IMG/VR virus record: IMGVR_UViG_3300021387_000334 | Location: 9,028 to 73,027 of that record | Reading direction: 5' to 3' (one strand) | Length of the DNA stretch: 64,000 nucleotides | Source: a virus | Lineage: Duplodnaviria > Caudoviricetes | Shown: piece by piece, positions 53,060 to 62,678 of the stretch | Position numbering within the stretch: position 1 is the stretch's first letter | How the letters are laid out: every line of letters begins with the position of its first letter | Notes under the pieces: model-generated | Told to the model about the DNA's origin: nothing | Databases searched by the model: none | Seen by the model: the letters and a program-made list of their open reading frames with translations, nothing else | Made by a program: the position numbers and the translations under genes

Positions 53060-53911
53060 ATGAAAATCAATGAGATTGCAATCTTTAAGCGGTTCATGGT
53101 AGACAACACCGTGCGCGATATTTTCATCAGGAAGTATAACGGAGAGAGAAGTGAGACGAAGAATCCTACCTGGATTGAAGACTATCTGAGCAACGTAGAT
53201 CACACCGAGGTCATCAAGAAGGCTTTCGTCCGCTACAAGATGAACTCTGCATTCGGCTTCGACTTTTGGGATAGGTTGAATGAGGACTGGCTGGTCTATT
53301 ACAATAAGAAGGTCAAAAACCACGACTATAGCGACACAGAGAAGCTTCTGACGCTTACTGGCTTCTTCAGTATCCTTCGCGAGAATTGGAATAGCACCAA
53401 GCCTTGGGTATATGAATCCGTGGGTGATGCCCTCGCCCGATTGGCACTGACCCCACAGGCTTATACTCCAAAGGAGGCTGACAATATCGAACCAAAACCC
53501 GCTGATCCACCAACGGAGAAGCCAGAAGAAAAGGATGACCTCGATATTGACTTCATCGAAGTCGCTCCCTCCCGCAAGACTTACAAGCTGAAGAGCGGGA
53601 TGATGTCTGTCAACATCAGGAAAAAATCCACCCGATGCCTCGTCAACCATATTGACTCCCAAAACCTCATAAATAAGAACCTCGACTATGTAAGGATGGG
53701 AAAGACTAGCAACGATGTTGTGATTCAGTTCAACAATAAGCAGGGAATAAACTGCAATGTGACCTCCGATGCCTACGTTAGCATCGGAAATTCCGACTTC
53801 ACACGACAACTGCACAATCTTCTTTCACTCTCAGGAGATCTCAACTATGTCCGCATAGAGAAGATTTCAGAAAACCTAGATTCAGTAACATACAGAATTA
53901 TCAAGCTATGA
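53060..53911 (+). CDS. Hypothetical protein
   Basis: Start ATG 53060; coupled to ATPase. Confidence 0.7.
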   Translation: MKINEIAIFKRFMVDNTVRDIFIRKYNGERSETKNPTWIEDYLSNVDHTEVIKKAFVRYKMNSAFGFDFWDRLNEDWLVYYNKKVKNHDYSDTEKLLTLTGFFSILRENWNSTKPWVYESVGDALARLALTPQAYTPKEADNIEPKPADPPTEKPEEKDDLDIDFIEVAPSRKTYKLKSGMMSVNIRKKSTRCLVNHIDSQNLINKNLDYVRMGKTSNDVVIQFNNKQGINCNVTSDAYVSIGNSDFTRQLHNLLSLSGDLNYVRIEKISENLDSVTYRIIKL

Positions 53912-55938
53912 TTATCAAGATTAACAGTTTAGAAATTACCAACTTCAAGTGCTTCCGTCACAAGGAGTTTACATTCGACTCCGATGTTACCACCATCCGG
54001 GGACGTAACGGTGCAGGAAAGACTACCATCGCCGATGCCATCCTTTTCTGTCTCTTCGGAAAGAACACCGCAGGACAGTCCGACCTCGAAATCTTCAAGA
54101 CCATGGAGGACGGCAAGGTAATCCCCAATATCGACCACTCTGTGGAAATGGAGATAGAAGTAAAAGCAAGATTAGGAGAAGCTATCGGCGTTTCTAATGT
54201 TACCCTGAAACGCTCCATCAAGGAGGTGTGGGTAAAGAAGCGCGGCTCTGATGAATCCGTCTTCAAGAACAATACCTGCGAATACTTCGTCAACGGCGAT
54301 TCTTACACCAAGGCCGACTTCGAGAAATATGTTGGCTCCCTTATCACCGAAGACACTTTCAAGGCTATCACCAACCCTGTCTATTTCCCATCCATAAAAT
54401 GGCAGACCCAGCGTCATTTCCTCGCACAGATGGTAGGCAGCATAGAGCCGGAGGCCATCGCCGACACGGACGAACTGGCTGCTCTCGTCCGTCAACTTGA
54501 CGATTCCAACGATGATATAGTCAGTTACCGCAAGCATCTCTCCTATCAGATCAAGCAGATTAAGGACAAACTCGATAAGATTCCCGTCCGATTGGAGGAA
54601 CAGCACAAGGCCCTGCCCGAGAAGTTGGATTGGGATGCCCTGCAGGTCAAGTATACTGACGTATCACGTCAGTCAGAAGAGGTCAATGCCAAGATTATTG
54701 CCATCAAGTCCGGCAACGGCGGCGACGTGCTCCGAGAGGAAATCCGCAAGGAAATCAATACCATCCGCACCGACATGGAGAAGATAGAGGTGGAACAAAG
54801 ACAGCTTCTTCGCATCCGTCAGGACGAACACGACCGCGCCATCAATACCGCCCGTCAGCAGTTCAACCAGCTCGTCGCAACCCAGCGCGACCTCGAAACT
54901 TCTCTCCCCTCTTTCGACACCCTTATCTTCCGCTGCAGGGAGACACTTGCCAAGTGCGAGCAGGATGCCGAGAAAATCCGTCTGTCATGGGCTGAGAACA
55001 ATGCCCGCAAACTGGATTGGAGCGACGACGACAACATCTGCCCTACCTGCGGACAATACCTCCCTGCCGAACTGATAGCCGAGAGAAGGCAGAAAGCCAT
55101 CTCAGACCTCAACGCCAAGAAGGCCTTACGCAAACAGGCACTTATCGAGGAAGCCGACAGAGTTAAAGCCATCCGTGAGGGAGCCAATCAGGAGATAGAA
55201 CAGAACGAGCAGCGCAAGGCTGAGAAGGAGAAAGCACTTGCCGACATCAAGGAGCAGATCAATACCGCATTCTCCGAAAAACAGAAGCTGGAGAAGATGC
55301 AGCTCCCCACCATCGACTCCATCCTCTCAGAAAACGCCCAGTATGTTGCTTTATCAAAGCAACTCTCCGAATCCCAGGCCAAGCTCGAATCTGTCTCCAT
55401 CGACGAGGACACCACCAAGAAACTCGCCGACCTCGAATCCGCAAAGTCCGAGTATACTGCGATAGTATCGGAGTTAACCACCCAACTCGCCACCAAGGCT
55501 CAGTACGACAAGATCCTCTCCCTCATCGCAGACATTGAGCAGGAGCAGAAAGACCTCATATCGCAGCTCTCCGACTTGGAGCGCAAGGAGGATGTCGCCC
55601 GGCAGTATCAAGACCGCCAGAACGCTATCCTCGAAAAGCGCGTCAATCAGCACTTCTCCCTCGTGAAATGGAAGATGTTCCGCACCGTCAACAATGGTGG
55701 CGATCCGTTCGACGAGCCCTACTGTGAGTGTTATGTAGATGGAGTGGCCTATCACGGCGGACTCAACCAAGCCGCCAGGCTCAATGCCGGACTGGATATT
55801 TGCAATGCTTTATGCAATCATTACAATATATCAGCACCGATATTGATTGATAACGCTGAGTCAACCATTAATATCCTTCAGACCGTCGGACAGCAGATCA
55901 GGTTCCAAGTATCAGACACAGATTTACAGACGCTATGA
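53908..55938 (+). CDS. Rad50/SbcC-like ATPase
   Basis: GRNGAGKTT, long coiled coil with CPTCG hook, LNQAAR signature, ILIDNAES. Confidence 0.88.
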   Translation: MIIKINSLEITNFKCFRHKEFTFDSDVTTIRGRNGAGKTTIADAILFCLFGKNTAGQSDLEIFKTMEDGKVIPNIDHSVEMEIEVKARLGEAIGVSNVTLKRSIKEVWVKKRGSDESVFKNNTCEYFVNGDSYTKADFEKYVGSLITEDTFKAITNPVYFPSIKWQTQRHFLAQMVGSIEPEAIADTDELAALVRQLDDSNDDIVSYRKHLSYQIKQIKDKLDKIPVRLEEQHKALPEKLDWDALQVKYTDVSRQSEEVNAKIIAIKSGNGGDVLREEIRKEINTIRTDMEKIEVEQRQLLRIRQDEHDRAINTARQQFNQLVATQRDLETSLPSFDTLIFRCRETLAKCEQDAEKIRLSWAENNARKLDWSDDDNICPTCGQYLPAELIAERRQKAISDLNAKKALRKQALIEEADRVKAIREGANQEIEQNEQRKAEKEKALADIKEQINTAFSEKQKLEKMQLPTIDSILSENAQYVALSKQLSESQAKLESVSIDEDTTKKLADLESAKSEYTAIVSELTTQLATKAQYDKILSLIADIEQEQKDLISQLSDLERKEDVARQYQDRQNAILEKRVNQHFSLVKWKMFRTVNNGGDPFDEPYCECYVDGVAYHGGLNQAARLNAGLDICNALCNHYNISAPILIDNAESTINILQTVGQQIRFQVSDTDLQTL

Positions 55939-56138
55939 AGTTCATCTCTATCAACGAAACTCAGGTTGTCCCCTTAGATAAGGTTGACTTCTATGGCATA
56001 GACAGTATCGACAAGACGAAACTGATAGTGCATACCATCGGTGGCTATACTGTGGAAGTCAGATACAATGACAAAGAGACATGCAAAAGTGAATTTGAAT
56101 CAATTGACGAAATAATAAGAGGTAAATCAAACAACTAA
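55935..56138 (+). CDS. Hypothetical protein
   Basis: 67 aa; ATGA overlap. Confidence 0.6.
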   Translation: MKFISINETQVVPLDKVDFYGIDSIDKTKLIVHTIGGYTVEVRYNDKETCKSEFESIDEIIRGKSNN

Positions 56139-56142
56139 AATT

Positions 56143-57030
56143 ATGGCAGAAAATCAATTGCAAGTACAACAGAGCAATCCCCAGCTCGTAGCCATTCAGA
56201 ATGCGCTCAAAGGGGCTAACAAGTCCATCCAGGCAGCGCTCAAAGAGAATGCCGGAACGTTCAACACCTCACTCATGGAGCTTATCACTTCCGACCCTAA
56301 GCTCCTTGCCTGCGACCCGCAGAAACTCATGGCCGAGGCCATCAAGGCTGCATCCATCAAACTTCCACTCAACAAGCAGCTGGGTTATGCCTACCTCGTT
56401 CCCTACGGCACCACGCCCAACATGATAATCGGCTATCGCGGCTATATCCAGCTGGCCATGCGCACAGGACAGTACCGCTACATCAATGCCGACATAGTGT
56501 ACGAAGGCGAACTTACCCACAAGGACAAGCTCACGGGTGCTATCTCCCTTGATGGCGACAAGACCTCTGAGACCGTCATCGGCTACTTCGCCCACTTCGA
56601 ACTGCTCAACGGATGCACCAAGACGCTCTACATGACAATCGAAGAAATGGCCAACTATGCCCTTACCTTCTCTGGCACATGGGCAAAGAAGAAAGCCAAC
56701 GAGAAACCTTCCGCTCAGACCCTCATGGATAGAGCGCAGGCACAGGCTCAGAACGGACCCGAACCGGGTGTTGGCTGGTATGCCAACTTCAACGCTATGG
56801 CCCGCAAGACCGTCCTCCGTCGCCTACTCTCTCAGTACGGCTACCTCTCCATCGAAATGATGCAGGCTCTCGCCTCCGACGAACAGCCCCAGTACATTCA
56901 GGCCGAAGCAATCCGCAACGAAGAGAACGCTGCCCCCAAGAAGGTAGTCAACGCCTCACAGATGATGCAGGATGCAGATGCCACCGAGGTCAAGGAAGAG
57001 CAGCCCAAGACAGACGAGCCGCCAATCTGA
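56143..57030 (+). CDS. recT: RecT-family single-strand annealing protein
   Basis: AYLVPY..IIGYRGYIQLAMRTGQY..MARKTVLRRLL. Confidence 0.92.
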   Translation: MAENQLQVQQSNPQLVAIQNALKGANKSIQAALKENAGTFNTSLMELITSDPKLLACDPQKLMAEAIKAASIKLPLNKQLGYAYLVPYGTTPNMIIGYRGYIQLAMRTGQYRYINADIVYEGELTHKDKLTGAISLDGDKTSETVIGYFAHFELLNGCTKTLYMTIEEMANYALTFSGTWAKKKANEKPSAQTLMDRAQAQAQNGPEPGVGWYANFNAMARKTVLRRLLSQYGYLSIEMMQALASDEQPQYIQAEAIRNEENAAPKKVVNASQMMQDADATEVKEEQPKTDEPPI

Positions 57031-57048
57031 TAGATATTCACGTGTCCC

Positions 57049-57112
57049 GGGGAGGTGTGGCTTACGTGAAGCCCACATATTGCAGTAGGTGTTGCAGACA
57101 CCTCCCCCTTTT
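57049..57112 (+). terminator. Branched hairpin/terminator-like structure
   Basis: GGGGAGGTGT/ACACCTCCCC stem enclosing two small hairpins, then TTTT. Confidence 0.5.
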
Positions 57113-57152
57113 ATTCTCATTATAACATCATTTTAATTATGAAAGAATTATT

Positions 57153-57695
57153 ATGAGCAAAGAAGAACTTATCGACAAGATGGTGACGGCGGTCATGGAA
57201 AACTTCGACTTCGACCGCGTACACCTGGTAATGGTGAACCTCGACTGGAAGTGAAACATCGGCAACGGCGAAATGACCGTGCCCAACTCCTACCGACTGA
57301 CAAGGTATGCCGAAAGACTACTGCGAGAGGTCGCACAGCATTACGGTGACAAAGAGTTTTATTCATGCGGAAGCGGTGGCTTCATGGCTCGTCTCGACGG
57401 CGAAACGCTCACCCTTCAATTCATTTTGACGGAAATGACATCTTTTGCCAGCGACTTCACCGACATCAACGAACCCGATCCCAAGGCAGACATCAAGGCA
57501 AAGCGCATCGAGGATTGCAACCTGAGCGTCCGCACCATGAACATCTGTAAGGCTGGCGGCATCGACACGATGGGCGACCTTTGCCAACTCCACAAGACCG
57601 ACTGGCTGAAGTTCCGCAACAGTGGCAAGAAGTCACTCTTCGAACTTGATGACCTGCTGCATGACAACGGCCTCGATTGGGCTGAGTGGCGGTAG
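57153..57695 (+). pseudogene. Two-domain gene ending in an RNA polymerase alpha-CTD-like domain, interrupted by in-frame TGA at 57252-57254
   Basis: ATG 57153 in frame with ORF 57273-57695; C-terminus IEDCNLSVRTMNICKAGGIDTMGDL..FRNSGKKSLFEL. Confidence 0.65.
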
Positions 57696-57735
57696 CAAAT
57701 TCTTCACTCTTCACTTCTATTATTATAACAAAAAT

Positions 57736-58488
57736 ATGGAAAACAATAGTGTAAAATTACGGGTGATTTCATCATCAAGTGCTGGCAACGCTTACGCCCT
57801 CGACTCCGGCACGGAAATCCTCCTGCTCGAAGCGGGCATTCGTCACTCTGTCATGACCCGTGACGTGGGATTTCGGGACGACAAGGTAGTAGGATGCCTC
57901 ATTAGTCATTGTCATGGCGACCACGCCAAGTATGCCGAGGAATACGCCAAACGGGGAATCCACATCTATTGTAATAAAGACGTACGCGAGAAGAAGCGTT
58001 TCCCCTACGGCTCTTACACTGAGGTACAGGTCATGAAGACGTACAATGTCGGCTCCTTCCGCATCTGTCCGTTCCCGCTTCATCATGACGTACCGAACTT
58101 TGCCTATCTCATTCATCAACCTCAGATGGGCACATGTCTCTTCGCGCTCGACACCTACAAGTTCGATTTCTCTCTGGAGAATGTTGACCATTTTCTCATA
58201 GAGGCCAACTACGATGATAAGATACTCAAAGCGAACATACAGGACGGCAGGATAGACCGTGCCCAGGCCAATCGGCTCATGCTCTCTCACCTCTCCCTCG
58301 ACAACACCATCCATTATCTCCACATGTGCGAGGCCGAGAAAAGCCGCACCATCACCCTCTGCCACCTCTCCGAGCGCAACTCATGCCCGAAGCTCTTTGC
58401 CGACCGCGTGGCAGGAGAGTTTGGAGTCCCCACACAAGTCGCCGACAAAGGCGTTATCGTTGAACTTTATAAAAACGAACCGATATGA
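57736..58488 (+). CDS. MBL-fold metallo-hydrolase (YycJ/PhnP-like nuclease)
   Basis: SHCHGDH, HHDVP, EANYD, HLSLD, HLSERN. Confidence 0.9.
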   Translation: MENNSVKLRVISSSSAGNAYALDSGTEILLLEAGIRHSVMTRDVGFRDDKVVGCLISHCHGDHAKYAEEYAKRGIHIYCNKDVREKKRFPYGSYTEVQVMKTYNVGSFRICPFPLHHDVPNFAYLIHQPQMGTCLFALDTYKFDFSLENVDHFLIEANYDDKILKANIQDGRIDRAQANRLMLSHLSLDNTIHYLHMCEAEKSRTITLCHLSERNSCPKLFADRVAGEFGVPTQVADKGVIVELYKNEPI

Positions 58489-58637
58489 ACAAAGAAATAC
58501 AAGGTTGCATCACCCGCTCCGTCACCGACATTGCCCGAAAGTGCCACTGCAAGGAGAATGAGGTATGGGCAGAAATGAGCGATATATCAACCCTTAAAGC
58601 AATGGAATATGAACGAAGAAATATGGAAACCCATTAA
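58485..58637 (+). CDS. Small hypothetical protein (50 aa)
   Basis: ATGA overlap; overlaps HNH start. Confidence 0.45.
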   Translation: MNKEIQGCITRSVTDIARKCHCKENEVWAEMSDISTLKAMEYERRNMETH

Positions 58638-59181
58638 AGGGTTAGAAGGTTACTATGAGGTGTCTAATATCGGTAGAGTCCGTTCTGTTGATAGGGTAAC
58701 TGTACGGCATAATAAAAACCACGAATGGAAAGCCATGTTAAAAGGAAAGATTATCGCTCCACACATAAGACATGATGGCTACCCTTTTGTGGATTTATAC
58801 AAAGAACATAAAAGACATTCTTTTGTTGTACACCGCCTTGTTGCTATGTCATTTGTTCCAAATCCAAGTAACAGACCGGAAGTAGATCATATCAACACGG
58901 ATAGAACTGACGCAAGAGCATGTAACCTCCGATGGGTAAATAGGAGTGAAAACAACCTAAACCCCATTACAAATAAACGAATGTCAGAAGCAGGCAAAAG
59001 AAGAGGTGGCAAACCCGTTGTGCAATATGACAAATCAGGAAATTTTATCGCAGAATACCCGTCTTTTAGAGCGGCATCTAAAGCCACTGGTTATCATGCT
59101 ATGACTATCAGTAATAACACTAAAGGAATACATATAAACTCTAAATTTAATTGGAAATATGGCAAGATACAGACCAAATGA
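58609..59181 (+). CDS. NUMOD4-HNH-NUMOD1 homing endonuclease
   Basis: EIWKPIKGLEGYYEVSNIGRVRS; VHRLVA..VDHINTDRTD..NLRWV..N; KPVVQYD..EYPS; low GC. Confidence 0.9.
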   Translation: MNEEIWKPIKGLEGYYEVSNIGRVRSVDRVTVRHNKNHEWKAMLKGKIIAPHIRHDGYPFVDLYKEHKRHSFVVHRLVAMSFVPNPSNRPEVDHINTDRTDARACNLRWVNRSENNLNPITNKRMSEAGKRRGGKPVVQYDKSGNFIAEYPSFRAASKATGYHAMTISNNTKGIHINSKFNWKYGKIQTK

Positions 59182-59599
59182 TGCAAGAGATTATTTGGAA
59201 GCCCTCGACTTCATCAACCAAGCCAAGGATCAAGGCTTCGACATCGAACTGAAACGCTATTATAAGAAGCGTACCAATCCCCAGAATGCCTACCTGCATA
59301 TGGCACTCTCTTACTTTGCCCACTGCTACGGCTGCACGCTGCTGGAGGTTAAGGAAATCTACTTCAAACAATATGCCTGCCGTGACATCTTCCTCGTTGA
59401 GACCACCGATAAGATCGGCAGACCCGTAAAGTACTTCCGCTCCACCGCCGACCTCAACACCGTGGAAATGAGCAATGCCATCAACAACTTTATCGCCTAT
59501 GCCCACTGTAACGGCATCGAGATTCCCCAACCCAATGACGAACTCGGCATAAGGTATTGTGAACGACAAATCGAAAAAACAACTGCATACGGTACTTAA
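59159..59599 (+). CDS. NinB/Orf-like recombination mediator
   Basis: KRTNPQNAYLH..RSTADLNTVEMS. Confidence 0.7.
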   Translation: MARYRPNDARDYLEALDFINQAKDQGFDIELKRYYKKRTNPQNAYLHMALSYFAHCYGCTLLEVKEIYFKQYACRDIFLVETTDKIGRPVKYFRSTADLNTVEMSNAINNFIAYAHCNGIEIPQPNDELGIRYCERQIEKTTAYGT

Positions 59600-59614
59600 A
59601 GAATTATAATCATT

Positions 59615-60013
59615 ATGGAAGCAATAGGAACAATCATCGTGGTACACCCGCTAACATCGGGAGTATCACAGCGCACAGGCAACACCTGGCACAACCAAGA
59701 GTACGTCCTTCAGACAGAAGAGCAATATCCCAAGAAGATACCCTTCGAGGTCTTCGGAGAGGACAGGATTAACCGCTTTGCCATTCGTCAAGGTGAAAGG
59801 ATCACCATTCACTTCGATATTGATGCCAACGAGTATCAAGGCAAGTACTATCCCAAAATACGCTGCTACAACGTTACCCGTCCGCAGGCATCCCAGCCAG
59901 CCACACCGCCCGCTCAGCCTGCTACCGCATCACAGCAGCCCGTGACATCCCAACCTCCTCTGTTCCCTCCAGAACAACCTGCTCAGGGAGAACCCGACGA
60001 CCTGCCATTCTAA
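59615..60013 (+). CDS. DUF3127-type single-stranded DNA-binding protein
   Basis: W..QEYVL..YPKKI.FEVFGED..FDIDANEYQGKYY; C-terminal DDLPF. Confidence 0.85.
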   Translation: MEAIGTIIVVHPLTSGVSQRTGNTWHNQEYVLQTEEQYPKKIPFEVFGEDRINRFAIRQGERITIHFDIDANEYQGKYYPKIRCYNVTRPQASQPATPPAQPATASQQPVTSQPPLFPPEQPAQGEPDDLPF

Positions 60014-60016
60014 CCT

Positions 60017-60208
60017 ATGGCAAAACATCACGTTATCCTCCACCGCTGCGGAGACTGTGCAAACGTGACTCCCGTCACCGACAAGCACCATCTGCTCGAT
60101 CTGAAAGGCAATCCCACTATGGGAACATGCCCCTACTGGCGCGAGTCACGCTGCACTCTCCTAAGCTGGTTGAGTAATTGCAAACATTTTAAACAGAAAA
60201 TGGTATGA
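60017..60208 (+). CDS. Small Cys-rich protein
   Basis: CGDC..C..C..C. Confidence 0.6.
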   Translation: MAKHHVILHRCGDCANVTPVTDKHHLLDLKGNPTMGTCPYWRESRCTLLSWLSNCKHFKQKMV

Positions 60209-60435
60209 AAACGATACAACAACTACGTGCTCAATACAGAGCCAGGAAGAGAACAAAGAACTACCACGAACTGCTCGAACGTTCTTGCGACCTCTTCCAG
60301 CTGAAAGAGTATTTGAGCGAAATATGGCTCACTTATGACGGCAATCTCATTTGCCCCGTGAGTTGCCTGAAGGGCGAGCCCGTCAGTGCATTACAAGAAA
60401 TCCGCAAACTATATGTTCAACGAAATCAAAAGTAG
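60205..60435 (+). CDS. Hypothetical protein
   Basis: 76 aa; ATGA overlap. Confidence 0.6.
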   Translation: MKTIQQLRAQYRARKRTKNYHELLERSCDLFQLKEYLSEIWLTYDGNLICPVSCLKGEPVSALQEIRKLYVQRNQK

Positions 60436-60961
60436 CGATATGACAAAATCAGAAATAAACAGAGCTTTCGAGAATCGGTGGCGCTTCAAGGGCGAACCGC
60501 TCGACTTCATCCCCGACGTGAAAGAGTTGTGCCGCGACTTCTTCGAGGCTGGTATACTCTTAGGAGAAGGATTCCAAGTGGCAGAGATATTCGATGATGA
60601 AGGTAAGCCTACAGGCCAGACCGTGATATACAAGCATGACCCCATCTTTGACACCGCAGACTCAGGCTTCTCCGAATGGTGGGACATGTACGGCAAGAAG
60701 ATTGACCGCGCCAAGTGTTTTAAGAAATGGCAGAAGATGACAGATGCAGAACGTCGTGCCTGCATTGCCGCCACCCCTGCCTATGTAGCATCCACACCCG
60801 ACCTGCAATACCGCCGCCACCCGGCCACCTACCTCAACAACAAATCTTGGGAAAACCAAATTATACCTCGCAACAATGGAACTGATAAACAAGCCCAACA
60901 ACAACAACGCTTTGCAAAAGTCGCAGAACGCATTGCCGAGTACACCAAAGACGCTGAGTAA
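60413..60961 (+). CDS. Replication initiator-like protein
   Basis: FSEWWDMYGKK..RAKCFKKW..HPATYLNNKSW. Confidence 0.65.
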   Translation: MFNEIKSSDMTKSEINRAFENRWRFKGEPLDFIPDVKELCRDFFEAGILLGEGFQVAEIFDDEGKPTGQTVIYKHDPIFDTADSGFSEWWDMYGKKIDRAKCFKKWQKMTDAERRACIAATPAYVASTPDLQYRRHPATYLNNKSWENQIIPRNNGTDKQAQQQQRFAKVAERIAEYTKDAE

Positions 60962-61499
60962 CTATCCCACCTTCTCCAGCTTTGCGGCCAAGTTCTCTCC
61001 AGATAACTGGGAAGCTGGATCTCGTAAGCCGACAAAGTGCGTCACCTGCAATGCGCCTTCATTGGTCGAAATCAATCTCGCCTATGGCGAAGGACGATCG
61101 GTTGCCTGGCTGATGGCACAACTGCAAACCTTTCAGGAGAAACTGAACGTACCAAACAAGATGTCTGTCTATGAAGTAGAAACATGTGCGCAGACCATCC
61201 ACGACCATTTCTATCACCTGAAGACTACCGAACTGATGCTATTCTTCGCCCGTCTGCTTGGCGGTATGTATCCCGTAGAGTGGCATGGCTACGTCACGCC
61301 GACAAAGATCGTCTCTGCCCTCAGAGAACATTTTCTGCCTTGGAGGGGAGACCTGCTTCATAAGATAGAGCTACAGGAACAAAAGCGACACGCCCAGCAA
61401 GAGGCCAGCAAGCCAACTGTTTCATTTGAAGAATACCTCGCGATGAAAGGAGAAGATAACAGAGAGAGTCCATTAGAACGAATTTTAAAACAAAAGTAA
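60876..61499 (+). CDS. Replication-associated protein (helicase-loader position)
   Basis: APSL..IN.AYG..WL..QL..HLKTTELMLFF; follows initiator. Confidence 0.6.
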   Translation: MELINKPNNNNALQKSQNALPSTPKTLSNYPTFSSFAAKFSPDNWEAGSRKPTKCVTCNAPSLVEINLAYGEGRSVAWLMAQLQTFQEKLNVPNKMSVYEVETCAQTIHDHFYHLKTTELMLFFARLLGGMYPVEWHGYVTPTKIVSALREHFLPWRGDLLHKIELQEQKRHAQQEASKPTVSFEEYLAMKGEDNRESPLERILKQK

Positions 61500-61503
61500 G
61501 AAC

Positions 61504-61692
61504 ATGACACCAGAAGATTATCGCGCCCGCAGGGCAGAACTTATAAATGAATACTACCGTCTGAGGAATCTCCGGCTCAACCGCTGTGCAGCAGCCAGAG
61601 TCCGGACGATTGCTAAACTGGATTTTGAATACGATGGCACTGATCCCGAAAAGACCAAACGTGCCTTCCACTATGACGAACTTGGAATATAA
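61504..61692 (+). CDS. Hypothetical protein
   Basis: 62 aa. Confidence 0.55.
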   Translation: MTPEDYRARRAELINEYYRLRNLRLNRCAAARVRTIAKLDFEYDGTDPEKTKRAFHYDELGI

Positions 61693-61703
61693 AGACAATA
61701 ACT

Positions 61704-62093
61704 ATGGCAACAATTAAGAGTTATACAGACCTTTCTCAGAGCAAGACTTTGAATAAGATACTTCCGCTTGAAAGTGCGGATATGCACTATTCAAAAGATT
61801 TCGATGGTAGCTGGTTTGTTGATTTAGATGAATATACTTCAGTCAAAATACCTAAATATGTGGTCAATATAGAAGAGCATTTACTGCCTTGTTGGTCACT
61901 TGCAAGTTTGCTTGACATAATAAAGAAAACCATTGGATATACTTTACAAACAACCTACAATAAAGACCCAAAAGTTTTTATAGTATGCGAGTTAGATGAG
62001 AAGCCATATTCTATTGCATCATTAGAATGCGATAATGAAGTTGATGCTTGTGTGGCTATGATTGAGAAATTACATGAATTAAATTTATTGTGA
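61704..62093 (+). CDS. Hypothetical phage protein
   Basis: SYTDLSQSK..LPLESADM..PCWSLASLLD; low GC. Confidence 0.7.
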   Translation: MATIKSYTDLSQSKTLNKILPLESADMHYSKDFDGSWFVDLDEYTSVKIPKYVVNIEEHLLPCWSLASLLDIIKKTIGYTLQTTYNKDPKVFIVCELDEKPYSIASLECDNEVDACVAMIEKLHELNLL

Positions 62094-62095
62094 TT

Positions 62096-62242
62096 ATGAC
62101 TGAAAAAGAATGGGTAGAAGCAGAGAAAAGAGCAGCGCAACTTCGTAAAGAAGGGTTGTCTTTGTTTGACATCTATGACGAAGAGTTTAATTATACAAAT
62201 TGTATGTTAAGTTCTCATTTATCAGAAGAAATTCATTGGTAA
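62096..62242 (+). CDS. Small hypothetical protein (48 aa)
   Basis: MTEKEWVEAEKRAAQLR... Confidence 0.45.
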   Translation: MTEKEWVEAEKRAAQLRKEGLSLFDIYDEEFNYTNCMLSSHLSEEIHW

Positions 62243-62258
62243 TATAAATAGTAAAATT

Positions 62259-62450
62259 ATGAAAGAAATATTTTTTAGGGGATGGTTTAAATGGATACCA
62301 TTTCACTTAATATTTTTCAGAAATGCGGATTGGGCGATTATTCCAAGTGGTATATTTTTAGAGAAAGATAAAGTAAATAACAAAGGTTCTGAGATTATAT
62401 TTGGATTCTTGCGTTGGCGGATGAGTATATATTTTCATAACTGGGATTAA
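62259..62450 (+). CDS. Small hypothetical protein
   Basis: 63 aa, aromatic-rich. Confidence 0.45.
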   Translation: MKEIFFRGWFKWIPFHLIFFRNADWAIIPSGIFLEKDKVNNKGSEIIFGFLRWRMSIYFHNWD

Positions 62451-62555
62451 CGTAAATAAGTAAAATAATGAAAGAACTTAATACAACTATTACAAGAGAA
62501 GAAGTACTTGTGTGCAAATGATTATACATTTACATGAACTTAAAATGTTGTGATT

Positions 62556-62678
62556 ATGATAACAAATTTATTATTATTGATTATAGCATCCTGTTTAATA
62601 TTTACTGCCAGTTCTCTTATCTCAATAGCAAATACATTATGGAGTATTTTACAAGAACTTAAAAAGAAACAATTATGA
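62556..62678 (+). CDS. Small TM peptide (40 aa)
   Basis: LLLLIIASCLIFTASSLISIA; ATGA overlap with next ORF. Confidence 0.45.
   Translation: MITNLLLLIIASCLIFTASSLISIANTLWSILQELKKKQL

Noticed and set aside
57252-57254. Genome-wide stop-codon recoding
   Set aside because: Many genes end in TGA with ATGA coupling, some in TAG, and long ORFs are intact in code 11; the internal TGA is isolated
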